Assembly: GCF_030028105.1 (NCBI RefSeq)
Contig: NC_092371.1
Span: 13,971,884 to 14,035,883, forward strand
Direction: 5' to 3'
Source: Mobula birostris
Taxonomy: Eukaryota
Length of the DNA: 64,000 bases
The position numbers were made by a program, and so were the translations under genes. Below, in pieces: positions 61,001 through 64,000 of this stretch; the stretch's first letter is position 1; the number at the start of each line of letters is the position of its first letter. A model generated the notes under the pieces. It ran no database searches. It worked only from the letters and a program-made list of their open reading frames with translations, and was not told the origin of the DNA.

Positions 61001-63574
61001 ATCCCTTTATTCCCACTCCCTGTTTCCTGCCAATCAGCCAACGCTCTATCCACGTATGTAACTTTCCCGTAATTCCATGGGCTCTTATCTTGTGAAGTGG
61101 ACTCATGTGTGGCACCTTGTCAAAGGCTTCTGAAAATCCAAATATACAACATCCACTGCGTCTCCTTTGTCTAGCCTACTTGTAATTTCCTCAAAAAATT
61201 GTAATAGGTTTGTCAGGCAGGATTTTCCTTTGAGGAATCCATGCTGAGTTCTGCCTATCTTGTCATATGCCTCCAGGTACTCTGTCACCTCATCCTTGAC
61301 AATCGACTCCAAATGAGTACGCTTCATCAGAATTCACAAAGGGTGTGCACCTTTTAGATGAAGACTTCAGTGAAGGAAAAGGTGAACTTTTGGTGTAAAT
61401 CTCAATAATTGACGAAAACATGTTTGAAGCCGTAGCGGCTTTAAAAGTCGAAAATCACCGGATCTATCCTAGACGTCTGTGACAAGCAAACTGTGAGATT
61501 GCTGGGTCTTTAACTGAGATATTGTAAATACTCGCTGGGTACATGTGAGGCTCCTGGAAGGTACCAATTGGTGTACCAGGTAAAAGACTGACAATTATAG
61601 ACCCACGAGTCGAACATCAGTCGTTGCGATCTTAAAGGACTGAACTCTGAGGGACAGGTTTAATAATACCTTGTAGTGACAAGGTCTAATCTGAGACAGC
61701 CAAGCTGGCTGTGTCAATAGCTGAGCATGTCTGAGCAATCCGATCGAAATTCCTGAAGAGCTGGCCGAGTCTATGATTAAGAACAGAGCAATCAATGAAT
61801 GCTTTACATGCACTTCAGTGAGGCCTCTGACAAAGTCCCACAGAGACATGGACCAGGGCAATTTGTCAAACGATTCCGCATGAGACTGGCAACAAGGGGC
61901 AAGGGAAGATTGGATGCCTGTCACTAGCGGTGTTCCCCAAGAATAGGCGGCGAAAAGATTCTCCAAGTACCTTTGCTATTCGAAATATTCTTGAATAGCT
62001 TAGGTTTTGATATAAGAAGCAAGATCAGTAAATTTGTGGAGAAGAGAAAGAAGGGCGAAATAGTGGATAGTACGGTTAGTGTGAAAGTTAGCCTTTGTCG
62101 AAGGGGTGATACCGAAGTGTTGTTGAAATGGATTATAAATGTTAACCCAGAATAACGCGAGGGGCTGCGGTTTGGGAGGATTAATGAGGAAAGGACATCT
62201 GAAATGTGGAGGTTGAGGAACAGAAGGACCCTGGATTACAAGATCCAGTGATCCAGCAAGGTGGCATCTCACGTACATACTGTGATTATGAAGGCAAATG
62301 GATATTGGCCTTTCATTAGTCAGGTTATTGAATAGAGAGGCAGGGAGGTTAGAGATCAACTTCATAACACGAAGTAAACAGCAGGAGGCCCTTCCACACA
62401 TTTGAGGTAGACAAACAAGAGAGCATAGATTTAGTTTAAGGTAGAAGAGTTTCGGGGGGATCTGAAGAGGACCAGCTGTGGGTATGTCCTAGAATGGTTG
62501 CAGCAGATTTGCTGACAGCATCTAAGAGGTGTCTGGATGTGTTCATTGATGAGTTAGACAGAAGCGTCTTGGCTAAGTGTAGGAAGATGGGATTAATGTG
62601 GATTGGTGCCCATTGTGGTCGATATGATGAGCTGTATTGTCTGCTTCCCTGCTGTGCGTCTCTGTCAAAACGATGTCGTTTCGTTTGCGAGGATCGGTTG
62701 TGTGCGTTGCTTTGCTTTCCTTGGGGTGCAGACGGTAAGCTGATAGAAATGTAGAACATTAGCTGAGCCTAATCACGGGACAATATACAATGACCAATTA
62801 ACCCATTAACCAGTACGTCTTTGGACTGTGCGAGGAAACCGGAGCATTCTGAGGAAACCCACGCTTTCCACGGGGAATGGCGTTTCACGGAGACAAACTC
62901 CTTACAGTGGACGCCGGGATTGAACTCCAAACTCCGACTCCTTGAAGTGTAATAGCGTTGCGCTAAGCGTTCTGCTTCCGTGGCGCCAGTAAATGTATCG
63001 ATAAACCTATACAGAGGAGGGGTGGGAGATATAGCGAAGGCTTGAAGAAGGATGTTTCTCTCCGAGGGGCGTTGGGATCTCACTCCCTGAAGGGTAGCGA
63101 TGCAGCTGCTCGCTCAGTTATGTAGACGAACTATCACAGACAGAGGGCCTTGTAAACTAGAATTGGCACAGATATGTACCTGACCGCCAGAACGGAGAAG
63201 ATGGCCAGAATAGCATGTTTTTGAAACCGTGATTAAAATTGGCCATCCAACTAATACAGCGTTGTTGTGTTTTCCGCATTCAGCCCAGCCTCCCACGATA
63301 TTCCTTTTAGCGCCGCAAGCGGATGAAATTTCCCGGATGCAACTGGTGACCTTGATGTGTTTGGTGAGAGGCGTGTCTTCCGATTCCCTGAACATCCGAT
63401 GGAACATATCAGGAAATATCACAGAAGGTCTCGTTGATCCCCCGATATTTGATCCGGACGGAGGATACAGCGTTAGCAGCCGCTTCCAGATCCCGGCGGA
63501 AAGTTGGCGTAGCGGCGCCGTCTGCACTTGCGCCACTGAACATCTGGTCAGTGACATTGTGTCTTCTCAGAAAG
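58052..63574 (+). CDS. Non-rearranging antigen-receptor-like IgSF gene, leader-VJ-C1 (3' partial): join(58052-58094, 58783-59109, 63284-63574)
   Basis: Three exons joined by phase-1 GT-AG introns give one open frame: signal peptide, V-set domain with built-in J motif, C1-set domain. The C exon ends in a further phase-1 donor. Confidence 0.88.
58783..59109 (+). CDS. Germline-joined V+J exon
   Basis: ttttttag| acceptor; [11 protein letters not shown]...LNCS...HWYKR...RFSG...[35 protein letters not shown]. Canonical C-W-DxxxYxC plus FGxGxxLxV in one exon; donor ACAG|GTAACT. Confidence 0.93.
59535..59712 (-). mobile_element. tRNA-derived SINE
   Basis: Minus strand GGTAGCGTAGCGGTTA...GGTTCAATCCC. 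Confidence 0.6.
60290..62400. mobile_element. Two CR1 RT fragments in the V-C intron (minus ~60360-61315; plus ~61320-62400)
   Basis: [22 protein letters not shown] and [12 protein letters not shown] on the minus strand; decayed RT sequence on the plus strand. Confidence 0.8.
62760..62990 (-). mobile_element. tRNA-derived SINE
   Basis: Minus strand GGAAGCAGAACGCTTAGC...GGAGTTCAATCCC; same body as 31372-31600. Confidence 0.6.
63284..63574 (+). CDS. C1-set constant domain exon
   Basis: cattcag| acceptor; [10 protein letters not shown]...VTLMCLV...IRWNIS...[29 protein letters not shown]...SSQK; donor AAAG|GTAACG. This is an Ig/TCR-type C1 pattern. Confidence 0.92.
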
Positions 63575-64000
63575 GTAACGTAGAAACTAGAGATTCCCTT
63601 CAGCTTTATGACGCGAGGCCTTTCGGTCCTCTGTGTTTATGCCTAGTATCGAGCTAAATCCCACTCTCCAGCGCTGTCTCCGTGGCCCTAATGGCTCAAC
63701 TGTCGCATTCAGGTACTGCGTAAATGTGAGCAGAGCTTCTCCCCGCTCCCCACCGATCATTGAAACTCTCACCGCTCTTCGGTGAAGCCCTTTCCCTCAG
63801 TTCCTTCATCATCACTCAAAACTTACTTTAAATGGGCACTTCTTGTTTAGGCCACTCTGCTGAGGGAAATGCTCAGAATCAGATTTATTATCATTGACTT
63901 TTTATTCGTAATACAAAGTACATTTATTATCAAAGTAAGTATATGTCACGATATACTGCATTGAGATCACAGACATTCACAGTAGAACAAGAGAGAAATA

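Noticed and set aside
60290-62400. Twin-priming inversion of a single LINE in the V-C intron
   Set aside because: The two oppositely oriented fragments overlap in RT coverage and look like different subfamilies, so they are independent insertions.
31372-62990. tRNA genes
   Set aside because: The A/B-box heads continue into shared SINE bodies and do not form cloverleaves.
58700-63300. Recombination signal sequences or separate J/D segments around the V exon
   Set aside because: No CACAGTG heptamer with a spaced ACAAAAACC nonamer was seen by eye adjacent to V or before C; J is already fused to V.

Overview
Eukaryotic, repeat-dense vertebrate DNA. The repeat families and the immune gene suggest a cartilaginous fish, probably a ray or shark (inference). 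Most ORFs in the supplied track are retroelement debris or low-complexity artefacts. Two real protein-coding genes were reconstructed by hand from splice sites and phases. (1) An intact 7-coding-exon PAQR6 (membrane progestin receptor delta) on the minus strand, 51956 to 32839, 341 aa. (2) Head-to-head with it, an antigen-receptor-like gene on the plus strand: leader exon 58052-58094, a germline-joined V+J exon 58783-59109 with no RSS, and a C1-set exon 63284-63574. Its 3' end probably lies beyond the window. This non-rearranging L-VJ-C1 gene is the most interesting feature. The left half holds nested CR1 LINEs interrupted by a GC-rich Gypsy/chromovirus-like LTR family. One member is a miniature two-LTR element (175-bp internal region, 5-bp TSD, PPT, Tf1/sushi-type self-priming signature). 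Two LTR copies carry perfect minisatellites (37 bp x ~45; 39 bp x ~18) expanded at a comparable position. Rex/Babar fragments, tRNA-derived SINEs, Penelope remnants with decayed hammerhead motifs and microsatellites are also present. Boundaries of degraded repeats are approximate, and no database searches were run.
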